64,000 nucleotides of DNA from an uncultured Candidatus Poseidoniales archaeon (GCA_902625325.1 CACOAW010000007.1:16262-80261); one strand, 5' to 3'. Positions 36,130 to 45,582 are shown, counted from the first letter of the stretch. Translations and numbers: made by a program. The notes: generated by a model from the sequence alone, not told the origin.

Positions 36130-37173
36130 GTGTTTTGGGTGGAGAAAAGAAAGCACGAAACAGGATTAATCGGCGGTACTTTTGATAGATTCCATGCCGG
36201 GCACATGTCCTTGATTGTTGCAGGTCTTACACATTGCAAGAACATCCAAGTCTGGATAACCAATGATGAGTTAGCTAGGTCGAAGGATCGCCGTACCCAG
36301 GACTGGCATGATAGGCAGTCCGATTTGATAAATGCCACATCGGAATACTCCTCTCGAATTACAACCCATCAACTCGATGATAAATTCGGGCCATCCTTGC
36401 AATCTACTGAGGCATCAGCGATTATATGCACTGACGACACAATTCAGGGAAGCTTGGAAATCAACTCTCTAAGGGAAAAAGGTGGACTTTCTCCTCTAGA
36501 TATTATCTCCGTTGAGAGAGTCACTTCTTGGGACGGGGCGCCAATTTCTAGCTCAAGAATCAGAGATGGCCACATAGACAGGGAGGGGATGCCATGGATT
36601 CCCGAACCTTTCAGAACTTCAGACCTAATCATGACTCCCGACGTAGAGTCCAAACTCAAAGAACCATTTGGCGAACTGATAGAGGGGCCAGAGGAGGATA
36701 TTACAGTGGCTGCTTTGGAAGCCATCTCTAGGATAGTAGAATCTACAAAATTTTCTGGTCCACTAATTGCCGTCGGAGATGTCACAGTGCTAGCCTTTCA
36801 GAATTCAGGAAGACCAGCAGACATAGCATTAGTCGACGGACAAACAAAGCGCGAAGAATGGGAGGGCTCGGATGAAATTGACTTCAGTTTGTATGATAAT
36901 CTTCTCGAATGTATCAGTCCAGCAGGATGTTTATCCAGATCTCTCCTAAAATCATGTGAATCTTCAATCTCATCATGGATGGAAGACGAAGAGAGCAGCA
37001 TAATCAGAGTAGTCGGTGAAGAGGACCTTTCTCCGCTTTTTCTGCATCCGATGGCACCTATTGGCTCTGTAGTTCTTTACGGTCAACCAGGAAGGGGCTT
37101 AGTCGTTAGGTGGTGTGACGAAGAATCAAAGATTAGATGCAGAAATCTCCTTAGAGGCTTTTCCATAGACTAG
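36130..37173 (+). CDS. Fusion of phosphopantetheine adenylyltransferase (archaeal PPAT, cytidylyltransferase fold) with a DUF359 / GTP-dependent dephospho-CoA kinase-like domain
   Basis: The N-terminal domain has GGTFDRFHAGH (HxGH nucleotidyltransferase motif). The C-terminal domain has AVGDVTV and ALVDGQTKRE, resembling the DUF359 signature. Start proposed at GTG 36130 or 36139, because GTG 36088 would overlap the RNA-like island. Confidence 0.65.
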   Translation: MFWVEKRKHETGLIGGTFDRFHAGHMSLIVAGLTHCKNIQVWITNDELARSKDRRTQDWHDRQSDLINATSEYSSRITTHQLDDKFGPSLQSTEASAIICTDDTIQGSLEINSLREKGGLSPLDIISVERVTSWDGAPISSSRIRDGHIDREGMPWIPEPFRTSDLIMTPDVESKLKEPFGELIEGPEEDITVAALEAISRIVESTKFSGPLIAVGDVTVLAFQNSGRPADIALVDGQTKREEWEGSDEIDFSLYDNLLECISPAGCLSRSLLKSCESSISSWMEDEESSIIRVVGEEDLSPLFLHPMAPIGSVVLYGQPGRGLVVRWCDEESKIRCRNLLRGFSID

Positions 37174-37700
37174 TTTTCAGCATCCCTAATCCAATGAAGG
37201 CCCAAACCAACTGAGACAAGCGCAATCATGACTGAATACACCCCTGGGTCAATCCATGTTGTTTCCCTGAGGCTCCATCCAAAGTAGTAGAAAATGCCCA
37301 ACAGCATCATCCAACTAGCTATGGTTCTAACAATATCTAGGTTAGGCGAAATCAGACTTTTCATTATCCTTTCATTTGGTAGTTCGGAAATCCAGCCAAT
37401 AAAGCCATCCTCTCTTGAAGATCCTATACCCATTACTCCTAAGCCAATTAGTGCTGCACTCATTATTGCGAAGATGAGATCATCTGGGAAGTTCAGTCCG
37501 ATCTCATGAGCAGAGTTTGTAACCGGGCCATTAGTAATGAAGTCCATCCAGTTCACCTTTCTACCATCCGAGTATGCCCCAGAAATTATGTTGACAAGAG
37601 TAAGAAATGCCATCCATGAGCCCAGTAAAAATGAGCCAACAGACATAGTAATGCTGGGGCTTTTCAGAACTCCTTTCCACTCTTGGTCAGCTTCTGACAT
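37170..37700 (-). CDS. Hypothetical polytopic membrane protein
   Basis: A 176-aa ORF with about 5 hydrophobic segments. No family recognised. Confidence 0.45.
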   Translation of the reverse strand: MSEADQEWKGVLKSPSITMSVGSFLLGSWMAFLTLVNIISGAYSDGRKVNWMDFITNGPVTNSAHEIGLNFPDDLIFAIMSAALIGLGVMGIGSSREDGFIGWISELPNERIMKSLISPNLDIVRTIASWMMLLGIFYYFGWSLRETTWIDPGVYSVMIALVSVGLGLHWIRDAEN

Positions 37701-37747
37701 CGAGCCGCCGTCCCGGAACCTCTGTTTAACCGTTGTCTGAACTATCT

Positions 37748-38986
37748 CTATAGACGCCCTTGAAGATTATACTTGCCCATTGCGGCCTCGTTAACCAGAG
37801 TTTCACTTTCACTCATTAGGACGATTGCATCTATAGCCTTTGGAATTGCTGAGTTAACTTGCTTACTCCGCCCACCCCGGCCTTTGCTGACGTTTCTTGC
37901 CATAATAAGTCCCATTGTATCCAATTCATTAAGCAATGAGGAGACCCTTCTGGTCGTCAATGGCTCTGTACCAATCTTCGAGCACGCTTCTGCATAGGTC
38001 CTGTATACCTCTCCTGTCGAGATATTTCTCAGGCCGTTCTCCTCGTTTAAGCAGATTGAGAATAGTACTAACTTTTGGTGAAGTGGCAGGGTCTTGATAA
38101 CAGGAGTCACCTGATCGTACTCTAGTTGACTTTGGGCCAATCTAACGTGTTTCGTGTCTACTCTATTCTGCGACCTCTGTTCCGCTTTCTGTACCGAGAT
38201 TCTAAGCAAATCCAAAGCTCTTCTTGCATCTCCGTGCTCTTGCGCGGCTAATGCTGAGCACAGTTTAATCACTCCATCGTCCAGAACACCTGTTTTGATC
38301 CCCATTTTAGCCCTCTCGTTAAGGATATTCTGAATCTCAGTGGCTACATAAGGGTGGAACACTATATCCTCTTGGCTCAGTCTTGAACTTACTCTTGGGT
38401 CCAGGTGTTGAGTAAAATGTAGATCATTGCTGATTCCGATAATCGAGCATCTCCCCTTGCTTAGCAAGGTATTGAGGCTAGTTAGCGCGTAAAGAAGATC
38501 GTCCCCCCCCTTATCTACTAGGTTATCCACCTCATCTAGTACGATGATGTGAACTCCTCCCACACGGCTCATTCTGGTAACTACCGTATCAAGAACTCGA
38601 TCAGTAGGCCAACCCGTGAATGGGACAGGAGCGTCGCCTCTCTGAGCCAACTGGGTAGCTATAGTCTGAACAACTCTGTATTTGGTATCTACATTTCTGC
38701 AATTAATCTCGTAGGTACGGACGGATTGTCCCATTTCCAAGCCTTTCTCCCTAAGTTGGCTCAGGACATATCTGGTTACCACGGTTTTTCCTGAACCAGG
38801 TACTCCGTACAGGAGCATATTCGAAGGTATGTGACCATTCAGAGCATCCACAAGATTCCTCACTAAGGAATCCAGTTCATGCTCTCTGTGAGGAAGTCTT
38901 GCTGGTTCGAAGGCATGATCAAAGGCCTTCCTATCTGTGAAAAGACTATCTTGTCCCAGAATTTCCTCGAAAATATTTCCCTTCAT
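37748..38986 (-). CDS. cdc6: Orc1/Cdc6 replication initiator
   Basis: AAA+ Walker A motif GVPGSGKT, Walker B motif IIVLDEVD, SIIGISND, and a C-terminal winged helix with LNELDTMGLI. Confidence 0.9.
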   Translation of the reverse strand: MKGNIFEEILGQDSLFTDRKAFDHAFEPARLPHREHELDSLVRNLVDALNGHIPSNMLLYGVPGSGKTVVTRYVLSQLREKGLEMGQSVRTYEINCRNVDTKYRVVQTIATQLAQRGDAPVPFTGWPTDRVLDTVVTRMSRVGGVHIIVLDEVDNLVDKGGDDLLYALTSLNTLLSKGRCSIIGISNDLHFTQHLDPRVSSRLSQEDIVFHPYVATEIQNILNERAKMGIKTGVLDDGVIKLCSALAAQEHGDARRALDLLRISVQKAEQRSQNRVDTKHVRLAQSQLEYDQVTPVIKTLPLHQKLVLFSICLNEENGLRNISTGEVYRTYAEACSKIGTEPLTTRRVSSLLNELDTMGLIMARNVSKGRGGRSKQVNSAIPKAIDAIVLMSESETLVNEAAMGKYNLQGRL

Positions 38987-39388
38987 TTTCTTTCACACCA
39001 AAAAACACTCCAACAAAAGCCATTACTCCCTCCCATCGGGAACTTAGCTTATTGTGAGGTTTTGTGAGCGACTATGTTTGTGGTAATAAGAGTGACTCGA
39101 TTTTCTAGATCTAGGCCCGATTTTGTTAACACTCCAATATAGAAGTATATTCTCTGCCCAAACCATTCCCAAATTCTTTGAAAATTATCTCAGTATAACG
39201 ATTCTAAGAAATTTTTTCTGATGTATTTTCTGCACCAAAATAGACTTTTACTAGATCAAAATTCATAATTAAGCTCTCGATTCTGAATCCTCTCGACATT
39301 TGCTGAGTTTGTATCAATACACAGGCTACAGATGAAAAAATATTTTTCTGTTTTCAGGTTGAATATATATATTCATTATTTTTATACT
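38987..39388. promoter_or_regulatory. AT-rich 402-bp intergenic region upstream of orc1/cdc6: candidate replication origin plus the orc1 promoter
   Basis: This is the longest non-coding stretch in the window. It has exact 10-mer direct repeats AACACTCCAA at 39004-39013 and 39128-39137, repeated CGATTTT, CTCTCGA and TTTTCTG motifs, and an A/T tract at 39361-39400. Confidence 0.4.
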
Positions 39389-40189
39389 CTAATTATTTAC
39401 AGAGAAATTTCCATCTTCGTGCACGTCGATACTGGCTCCATCGTTTAGTTGGACTATACCTTCTGGTAACTCAGGAATATCGAAACCAAACTTACTTTCC
39501 GGAGATTTTGCATAGTTGTGTGTCACTAACACCTTTGTATCGGGAAATCTCTTCCAGAAAGCGATTACATCCGACGGCGTATGATGATGAGGGAACTCTC
39601 CAATATCAGGCATCCCCATCTCTAGTAAAACCACATCCGCATCTTTAGCTCTACTATCAATCTCTGAACAGGGCCCCGAATCTCCACAATGGAGCAACCT
39701 AAACCCACTCTGGTGTACAAATTCATATCCGTGTGGATCAGTTTCAGGTGTGTGTCGAACGGGAAACCTCTCGTAAGACCATTCTGTACCTTCCAGTATT
39801 CCTGACTCTTCGTCATTCCAAAAAATTCTAGACTCTAGGAAATCCTCCAAACTTCCTGGAAACCCCAACTTGCTGAGACTCGTAAGGTGTTCCCTGCCAC
39901 CAGGTCTGTGATGTAATGCCAGGATTTTATCTGCCGTTGTGTCTGTGATATATTTTCTATCCAAAATTAAGAATGGAAATCCAAACGTGTGATCACCATG
40001 CCAGTGAGTGAACAGTATATGTTCTACCTGCCCTGTGGAAAAATTCGATCTTCTCATTTGAGCTAAAAGTGTCGGGGGTGCATCAACGAGTATCTTTCCA
40101 TCCAGAATCGCCAATGCATGCATCCTTCCACTGGGACAGAAAGCATTGCCTGTGCCCAGGAAATCTACTCGTGCCACACATCTCGACAC
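39389..40189 (-). CDS. Metallo-beta-lactamase-fold hydrolase
   Basis: FTHWHGDHTFGF (HxHxDH motif). Later HCGDSG and THNY residues are consistent with MBL metal ligands. Confidence 0.75.
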   Translation of the reverse strand: MSRCVARVDFLGTGNAFCPSGRMHALAILDGKILVDAPPTLLAQMRRSNFSTGQVEHILFTHWHGDHTFGFPFLILDRKYITDTTADKILALHHRPGGREHLTSLSKLGFPGSLEDFLESRIFWNDEESGILEGTEWSYERFPVRHTPETDPHGYEFVHQSGFRLLHCGDSGPCSEIDSRAKDADVVLLEMGMPDIGEFPHHHTPSDVIAFWKRFPDTKVLVTHNYAKSPESKFGFDIPELPEGIVQLNDGASIDVHEDGNFSVNN

Positions 40190-40286
40190 GGGCCCTATGA
40201 CTTGACCCCATCGTTTCTCATTAAACCGTCATTTGCATACACATTTGTTCATATATGTCAGTTTAGTCGTAGTATTTGAAAATATT

Positions 40287-41582
40287 ATGGCGGGAAAATC
40301 ATCTAAATCCGAGTGGTCAGCTAAAAAACCATATTTCACTAAAATTACTGACAATTTCGTGTTGAATGGAGAATCTTCGAAAAAAGAAACAAGACACATT
40401 GTATTCGATTTGGGAGATTCCGGTTTGGAGTATAAGGCAGGGGATGCCCTTGGCGTAGTTCCAAGATGCCCTCCCGAGGAAGTAGAAGAAATCCTGAAAA
40501 TTTGTGGATTCTCTGGTGAGGAGATAGTGGAAACCAATCTCGGAGATTGCCCTCTAAGAGAGGCACTTACAGATAGGTATGAGATTCACAGAGTCTCGAA
40601 GAAGTGGATAAAGGGACTAGCAGAAAGGTCAGGAAGGGAAGCCCCCAAGTCGGAAATAAGAATCGTCTCAAGAAAGAGATCCTCATCAGTCGATGGAGCG
40701 CTAATAGTTGACTGGTCGTCAAGCGGTGAGGGAGACGTTCCCGAGGGCTATGTTGAGATGGGGGAACTGGGCGATAACTCAGCAATACTCCTCCACGAAC
40801 TTATCTCCGATAATGATGCGATGGAGGACTACATTTGGTCACGAGATTATGTCGATGCATTGGGAGATTTCGCTAGTTTCGGCTTCACACCACAACAACT
40901 ATTGGAAGGAATGGACCGTTTGAAGCCGAGACTGTATTCGATAGCCAGCAGTCCCGACTTCGAGGAAGGAACAGTCCATCTGACCGTATCCATAGTGAGA
41001 TACTCTCACCATGAAAGGGATCGGACTGGACTTTGTACGGGGTTCATGGCAGACAGATGTGAGACTAATACTACTGAAGTAGGTGTTTACATGTCTCCTA
41101 CAAGATCTTTCGTTCTCCCAGAAGATGGTACAAAGGACATCATAATGGTAGGTCCTGGGACTGGGATAGCCCCCTTCCGTGCATTCCTGCAACAGAGGGA
41201 AATAAACGGGGACTCGGGGAGAAATTGGCTTTTCTTCGGCGATTGGACCGAGGAGGGAGAGTACCTATACAAGGATGAGATGAGCGATTGGAAAGATCGA
41301 GGAGTAATCTCGAAACATGATTTAGCATGGTCCAGACAAGGATCCGAGAAAGTATATGTCCAGCATTTGATGGAGAAAAATGGTGAGGAAATTTGGAATT
41401 GGATACACGGAGGTGCATACTTCTATGTTTGTGGCGATAAACAATATATGGCGAAAGATGTACACTCGACGTTGATAGGAATATGCTCGGAGTTTGGCGG
41501 AATGAGTCCTGAAGATGCAAAGGATTTCGTAGAGACAGGGTTAATGAAAACGGAGAAGAGATATCTCAGAGACGTGTATTGA
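40287..41582 (+). CDS. CysJ / cytochrome-P450-reductase-like FAD and NADPH-binding oxidoreductase lacking a flavodoxin domain
   Basis: RLYSIASSP (FAD binding), GPGTGIAPFRAF (NADPH binding), YVCGD and a C-terminal RYLRDVY. Confidence 0.75.
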   Translation: MAGKSSKSEWSAKKPYFTKITDNFVLNGESSKKETRHIVFDLGDSGLEYKAGDALGVVPRCPPEEVEEILKICGFSGEEIVETNLGDCPLREALTDRYEIHRVSKKWIKGLAERSGREAPKSEIRIVSRKRSSSVDGALIVDWSSSGEGDVPEGYVEMGELGDNSAILLHELISDNDAMEDYIWSRDYVDALGDFASFGFTPQQLLEGMDRLKPRLYSIASSPDFEEGTVHLTVSIVRYSHHERDRTGLCTGFMADRCETNTTEVGVYMSPTRSFVLPEDGTKDIIMVGPGTGIAPFRAFLQQREINGDSGRNWLFFGDWTEEGEYLYKDEMSDWKDRGVISKHDLAWSRQGSEKVYVQHLMEKNGEEIWNWIHGGAYFYVCGDKQYMAKDVHSTLIGICSEFGGMSPEDAKDFVETGLMKTEKRYLRDVY

Positions 41583-41623
41583 TAGCCGATTCACTCAAAC
41601 GAGGACACACCTAGCAGGGAGTC

Positions 41624-42970
41624 GTGTTCCGGCGTGTCTTGGTTGCTAATCGAGGGGAGATAGCCCTCCGAGTTGTCCGTTCTTTGAGAGAATTGGGGAT
41701 TGAATCAGTAGTTATCCACGGAAGAGAAGATCGGATGTCTCTCCCCGTTAGACTTGCCGATGAAGGTTTTTACATTCCAAGGGAAGACCCACTTGCTTCA
41801 TACCTGGACATTGAGGCTATCGTTTCTGCAGCAAAAGAAATTGGTGCCGATGCAGTGCATCCTGGGTACGGATTTCTTTCGGAAAATGCTACATTTGCTC
41901 AGCTCTTGTCAGAAGAGGGAATTACATTCATCGGCCCTGCGCCAGAGTCACTTAGACTTCTGGGAGACAAAATTGCTGCTAGAGAAGCCATGTCAAAGGC
42001 AGGAATACCTGTAGCAAAGGGAACGGAAGAACCCATAACCGATAACGAAGAAGCATTAGAAATAGCATCAAAGATTGGTTTTCCTTTAATGATTAAAGCC
42101 GCCTCTGGTGGAGGTGGAATTGGAATGCAGATAGTTCATGAAGAATCTGAATTCAAATCCGCCCTGAGATTATGTCAAGGTAGGGCTAAGTCGGCTTTCG
42201 GAGATAGCAGAGTTTTCATTGAGGAGTATGTGGATTCAGCAGAGCATATTGAATTCCAAGTTTTAGCGGATGGAAAACGTGCTATTCACTTCGGCGAACG
42301 CTTCTGCTCAATTCAAAGGCGACATCAGAAGATAATCGAGGAGGGGCCTTGGATTAGTGAGGAAGAAAGACAGGACATCGGATCTAAAGTAGTGGCTGGA
42401 GCAGAAGCCATAGGATACCGTGGACTAGCAACCTTTGAGTTCCTCAGGAATTCAAATGGCCAATTCTACTTCATGGAAGTGAATCCCAGAGTACAAGTTG
42501 AGCATACGGTTACTGAAATGTTGACCGGGGTCGACTTGGTATCGCTAGGAATAATTGTTTCCTCGGGGGCAGATCTGCCTCTGGAACAGAACGATGTTCA
42601 AATCCAGGGCCATGCAATTCAGGCACGCATTAATGCCGAGAACCCATTTACTTTGGAACCATCACCTGGGAAGATTTGGGAATGCCATTGGCCAGGAGGC
42701 CCAGGAATTAGGGTAGATACCCATGGTTTTTCTGGATATAAGATGCCTGAGGCATTCGATTCGCTGCTAGCAAAGATAATTTCGTGGGCACCAGATAGGG
42801 ATGGGGCAATTGCAAAGTTGGACTCTGCACTTGAAGAGACCATTCTATTGGGTGTCGACTCACTGATACCCCTTCATAGAGCAATTTTAATGGATGAAGA
42901 CTTCTTAGAAAGGAAGATTACAACAGACTATTTGGAAACACATGCAGATTTGTTGATTGGTGGTGGTTAG
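41624..42970 (+). CDS. accC: Biotin carboxylase (ATP-grasp subunit of a biotin-dependent carboxylase)
   Basis: (V)FRRVLVANRGEIA, HPGYGFLSEN, GGGGIGM and MEVNPRVQVEH. GTG start. Confidence 0.9.
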   Translation: MFRRVLVANRGEIALRVVRSLRELGIESVVIHGREDRMSLPVRLADEGFYIPREDPLASYLDIEAIVSAAKEIGADAVHPGYGFLSENATFAQLLSEEGITFIGPAPESLRLLGDKIAAREAMSKAGIPVAKGTEEPITDNEEALEIASKIGFPLMIKAASGGGGIGMQIVHEESEFKSALRLCQGRAKSAFGDSRVFIEEYVDSAEHIEFQVLADGKRAIHFGERFCSIQRRHQKIIEEGPWISEEERQDIGSKVVAGAEAIGYRGLATFEFLRNSNGQFYFMEVNPRVQVEHTVTEMLTGVDLVSLGIIVSSGADLPLEQNDVQIQGHAIQARINAENPFTLEPSPGKIWECHWPGGPGIRVDTHGFSGYKMPEAFDSLLAKIISWAPDRDGAIAKLDSALEETILLGVDSLIPLHRAILMDEDFLERKITTDYLETHADLLIGGG

Positions 42971-43936
42971 TTGGACTTGGTCATAGTCGGAAGTATGGGT
43001 TATGATGACATAGAAACTCCTGTTGCTACGGGGTCAGATATACTGGGGGGTTCCGCTGTTCATTCTGGGGTTTCAGCTTCCTTTCACCTTCCAAAGACTC
43101 CAGAAGGAATTAGTAGAGTCGGAATGGTTGCCCCAGTTGGAATGGATTTTTCAGATTCCCATAAAATAAAACTAGAGGAATTGGGAATTGACTTCTCAGG
43201 AGTAGTCAAATTACCAGGAAAGACTTTTCGATGGTCAGGAAGATACTCGGGTTCAATGGACGATGTTGAGACAATTTCCACCGAGGTAAATGTTCTAGGA
43301 GACTTTTCTCCAGAAATTCCAGTTCAATGGAGATCTCCTAGGGTTTTATTCTGTGCCAATACCCATCCGTCATCCCAGGTATCCGTTCTAGATCAATGTC
43401 CTGAATCTGAGATCACAGCAATTGATACCTTCATGCTATGGATTGAGACAGAGTTTTCAGAACTTTCAACGGCTCTAAGGAAGTCAGACTTGGCCATTTT
43501 AAACGAAGAAGAAGTATGTGCAATATCTGGTGAAGAATTCTTCATGAATGCGATAGGCCCGATTTTATCAGGGTCCTGCCTCCATGGAGGTGAATCTGCG
43601 GGAAGTGGCCCTAGAGGTCTAATTATCAAAAGAGGCTCTTCGGGAGTTTTCGCCCATCTGCCTTGCGGGATTATATCCCTACCATCATATCCACTTAGCG
43701 AACTGGTAGATCCTACTGGCTGTGGAGACTCCTTTGCTGGAGCGCTGTTGGCCCATATTTCTGGAAGGAAGGGCGTCATGAACGACCTAGAATCAATGAG
43801 GGCAGCAATGATCCATGCGACTGTTACCTCTTCATTCACTATCCAAGGACTAGGTACCGACAATCTCCAAGGACTGGAGAGGGGCCTTTACCATGCCAGA
43901 ATGGACAGATATCGAAGGATTGTTGGACTCAGTTAA
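42971..43936 (+). CDS. PfkB-family carbohydrate/nucleoside kinase
   Basis: DPTGCGDSFAGA is the PfkB signature 2. The TTG start directly abuts the accC stop. Confidence 0.7.
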   Translation: MDLVIVGSMGYDDIETPVATGSDILGGSAVHSGVSASFHLPKTPEGISRVGMVAPVGMDFSDSHKIKLEELGIDFSGVVKLPGKTFRWSGRYSGSMDDVETISTEVNVLGDFSPEIPVQWRSPRVLFCANTHPSSQVSVLDQCPESEITAIDTFMLWIETEFSELSTALRKSDLAILNEEEVCAISGEEFFMNAIGPILSGSCLHGGESAGSGPRGLIIKRGSSGVFAHLPCGIISLPSYPLSELVDPTGCGDSFAGALLAHISGRKGVMNDLESMRAAMIHATVTSSFTIQGLGTDNLQGLERGLYHARMDRYRRIVGLS

Positions 43937-45582
43937 CCCAATCTTCTGAGTCCGGGCAGAGGATTTGGATCGTCCCTTGATGAAGTAGGTTTTAGTTGAC
44001 TGAACTTCAATGATTCATTCGGGGCATCAAACATAACTCTATTTTCGTTCCTTTCACCAGAAAGATTCCTAACAATAGAATCTAACTTATCCTTGGCAGT
44101 AGAAGAACCAATATTTGTATTTCTCAATGCTCGTATACGAGACGTTAACTCAGATTGATGATCTTGGTCACTCCTCAATCTCATATGCTGCGAAGTCTGG
44201 AATCTTTCAGTCTCAATCTCGGAACTAGTCCTCTTCCCCGACTCTCTTCCATCTAGAGAACTACTTGGACTCAAGAGCCTCGAAAGCCATCCTCCGGATG
44301 TGCCTATTCGACGGGTGGATTTCGCCGCCCTAGCTCCAGACATTGTAGACGCTAGTTTGTTCAGTGCTGGATAATCTTCTAAGTTTGTAGTCTGAATACC
44401 CAACTCACTGGATCTCCGACTCCTCAATTCTTGTCTTGCCCTTGCTTGCCGAACGACGCCTGCTCTACATTCCTCTCTCACTGCTTCATCAGTAGGAGGC
44501 GGAAGCAATGCTCTGGAGTAAGGCTCTGATGGAGCTCCAAACTCCTCGTGAGCCCGCTTAATCATTTGAGCGCTTGATTGCAGTTTATCGACTTCCTCAA
44601 CAGGGACTTCGTCTCTGTCAAAGTCAAATAATCCCATCTCGTTTCCAACACTTTCTGTACTTGGTTCACTGTCGAAAAGACCACCCGGGGCAAACATATC
44701 TAGGTCCTTGGCCGCATCTGAGAATGCCGTGTCAATCCTGTTATCAGAAATCTTGGCCTCTTCCTTCTCCTGATACCAATTAGGAGCCTCTGTCACACCC
44801 CAGGCTCTCTCGTAAGCATTCTGCTTAGTAGAAGAACTAGGCCCGTGGGAATTAATCGCTTCTTTAACTTCAGACTCCCCGACTTCTTGGTGTTCTGAAA
44901 AACCTCCAACCGAGGGAAAACCGAAAAAATCAGATTTCCCTTCCATGCCAAATCCAGTTTCCGCTTGCAAACCTTCCTTCCTTTCCTGAGCAAGGTTCAT
45001 TTGAGGGAAGTATTCAGGAAGAGAAACTTCGGACTTTTGGCCTAATTGACCATTTGCATCCCTTATTGAAGGGAAAACTGGGACCTCGGACTCAAGATTC
45101 TCTAGACCTAACAAAGCCTCCTCTATGGGGCTTCCATGTCGAACTCTATCTACGATTAGGCAAAGTTTCAGGAGGTTTGACTCATTTCCTGAAATTAAGT
45201 GCCTATCTCCCGAGCCAGTTTCTATCGCTAGAATTGAGTAACGAGAAACTACATTTGCAAGAATAATCGATGCTCCAATTCCAACCGCCAACCAACTAAT
45301 CGGTGCAACAATTGTTGTGATGCCCAGATAAATCGCAATCAATCCAAGAAGTATCGATCCAGAGGGTAGCATAGGTATTTTCAGATGCCTCATTCTATCT
45401 ATCGCACTCAAGTCGAGTCTTACTCCCTTTCCATCGAATCTTTCTATGGTTAGCTGTCGCTCGGTAATCAATGCGCAGAACTTTCCTCTCGCTCCGACTA
45501 AGTAGAGGCCACCGACTAACTCGGAACGCCTCTTCTCAGTCGGGCCCATAGGCCCGGCCAATCCCATCCAGTCCCCCAGCAT
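43933..45582 (-). CDS. Hypothetical membrane protein with an N-terminal PH-like/TM hairpin module and a roughly 380-aa low-complexity tail
   Basis: A 549-aa ORF with two adjacent hydrophobic helices (residues about 75-115). The remainder is Ser/Glu/Arg-rich with no motifs. Confidence 0.45.
   Translation of the reverse strand: MLGDWMGLAGPMGPTEKRRSELVGGLYLVGARGKFCALITERQLTIERFDGKGVRLDLSAIDRMRHLKIPMLPSGSILLGLIAIYLGITTIVAPISWLAVGIGASIILANVVSRYSILAIETGSGDRHLISGNESNLLKLCLIVDRVRHGSPIEEALLGLENLESEVPVFPSIRDANGQLGQKSEVSLPEYFPQMNLAQERKEGLQAETGFGMEGKSDFFGFPSVGGFSEHQEVGESEVKEAINSHGPSSSTKQNAYERAWGVTEAPNWYQEKEEAKISDNRIDTAFSDAAKDLDMFAPGGLFDSEPSTESVGNEMGLFDFDRDEVPVEEVDKLQSSAQMIKRAHEEFGAPSEPYSRALLPPPTDEAVREECRAGVVRQARARQELRSRRSSELGIQTTNLEDYPALNKLASTMSGARAAKSTRRIGTSGGWLSRLLSPSSSLDGRESGKRTSSEIETERFQTSQHMRLRSDQDHQSELTSRIRALRNTNIGSSTAKDKLDSIVRNLSGERNENRVMFDAPNESLKFSQLKPTSSRDDPNPLPGLRRLG

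Noticed and set aside
38501-38510. A C8 homopolymer inside orc1/cdc6 as a possible frameshift or phase-variation site.
   Set aside because: The reading frame is intact through it (K-G-G-D-D) and the flanking protein sequence is canonical, so there is no evidence of disruption.
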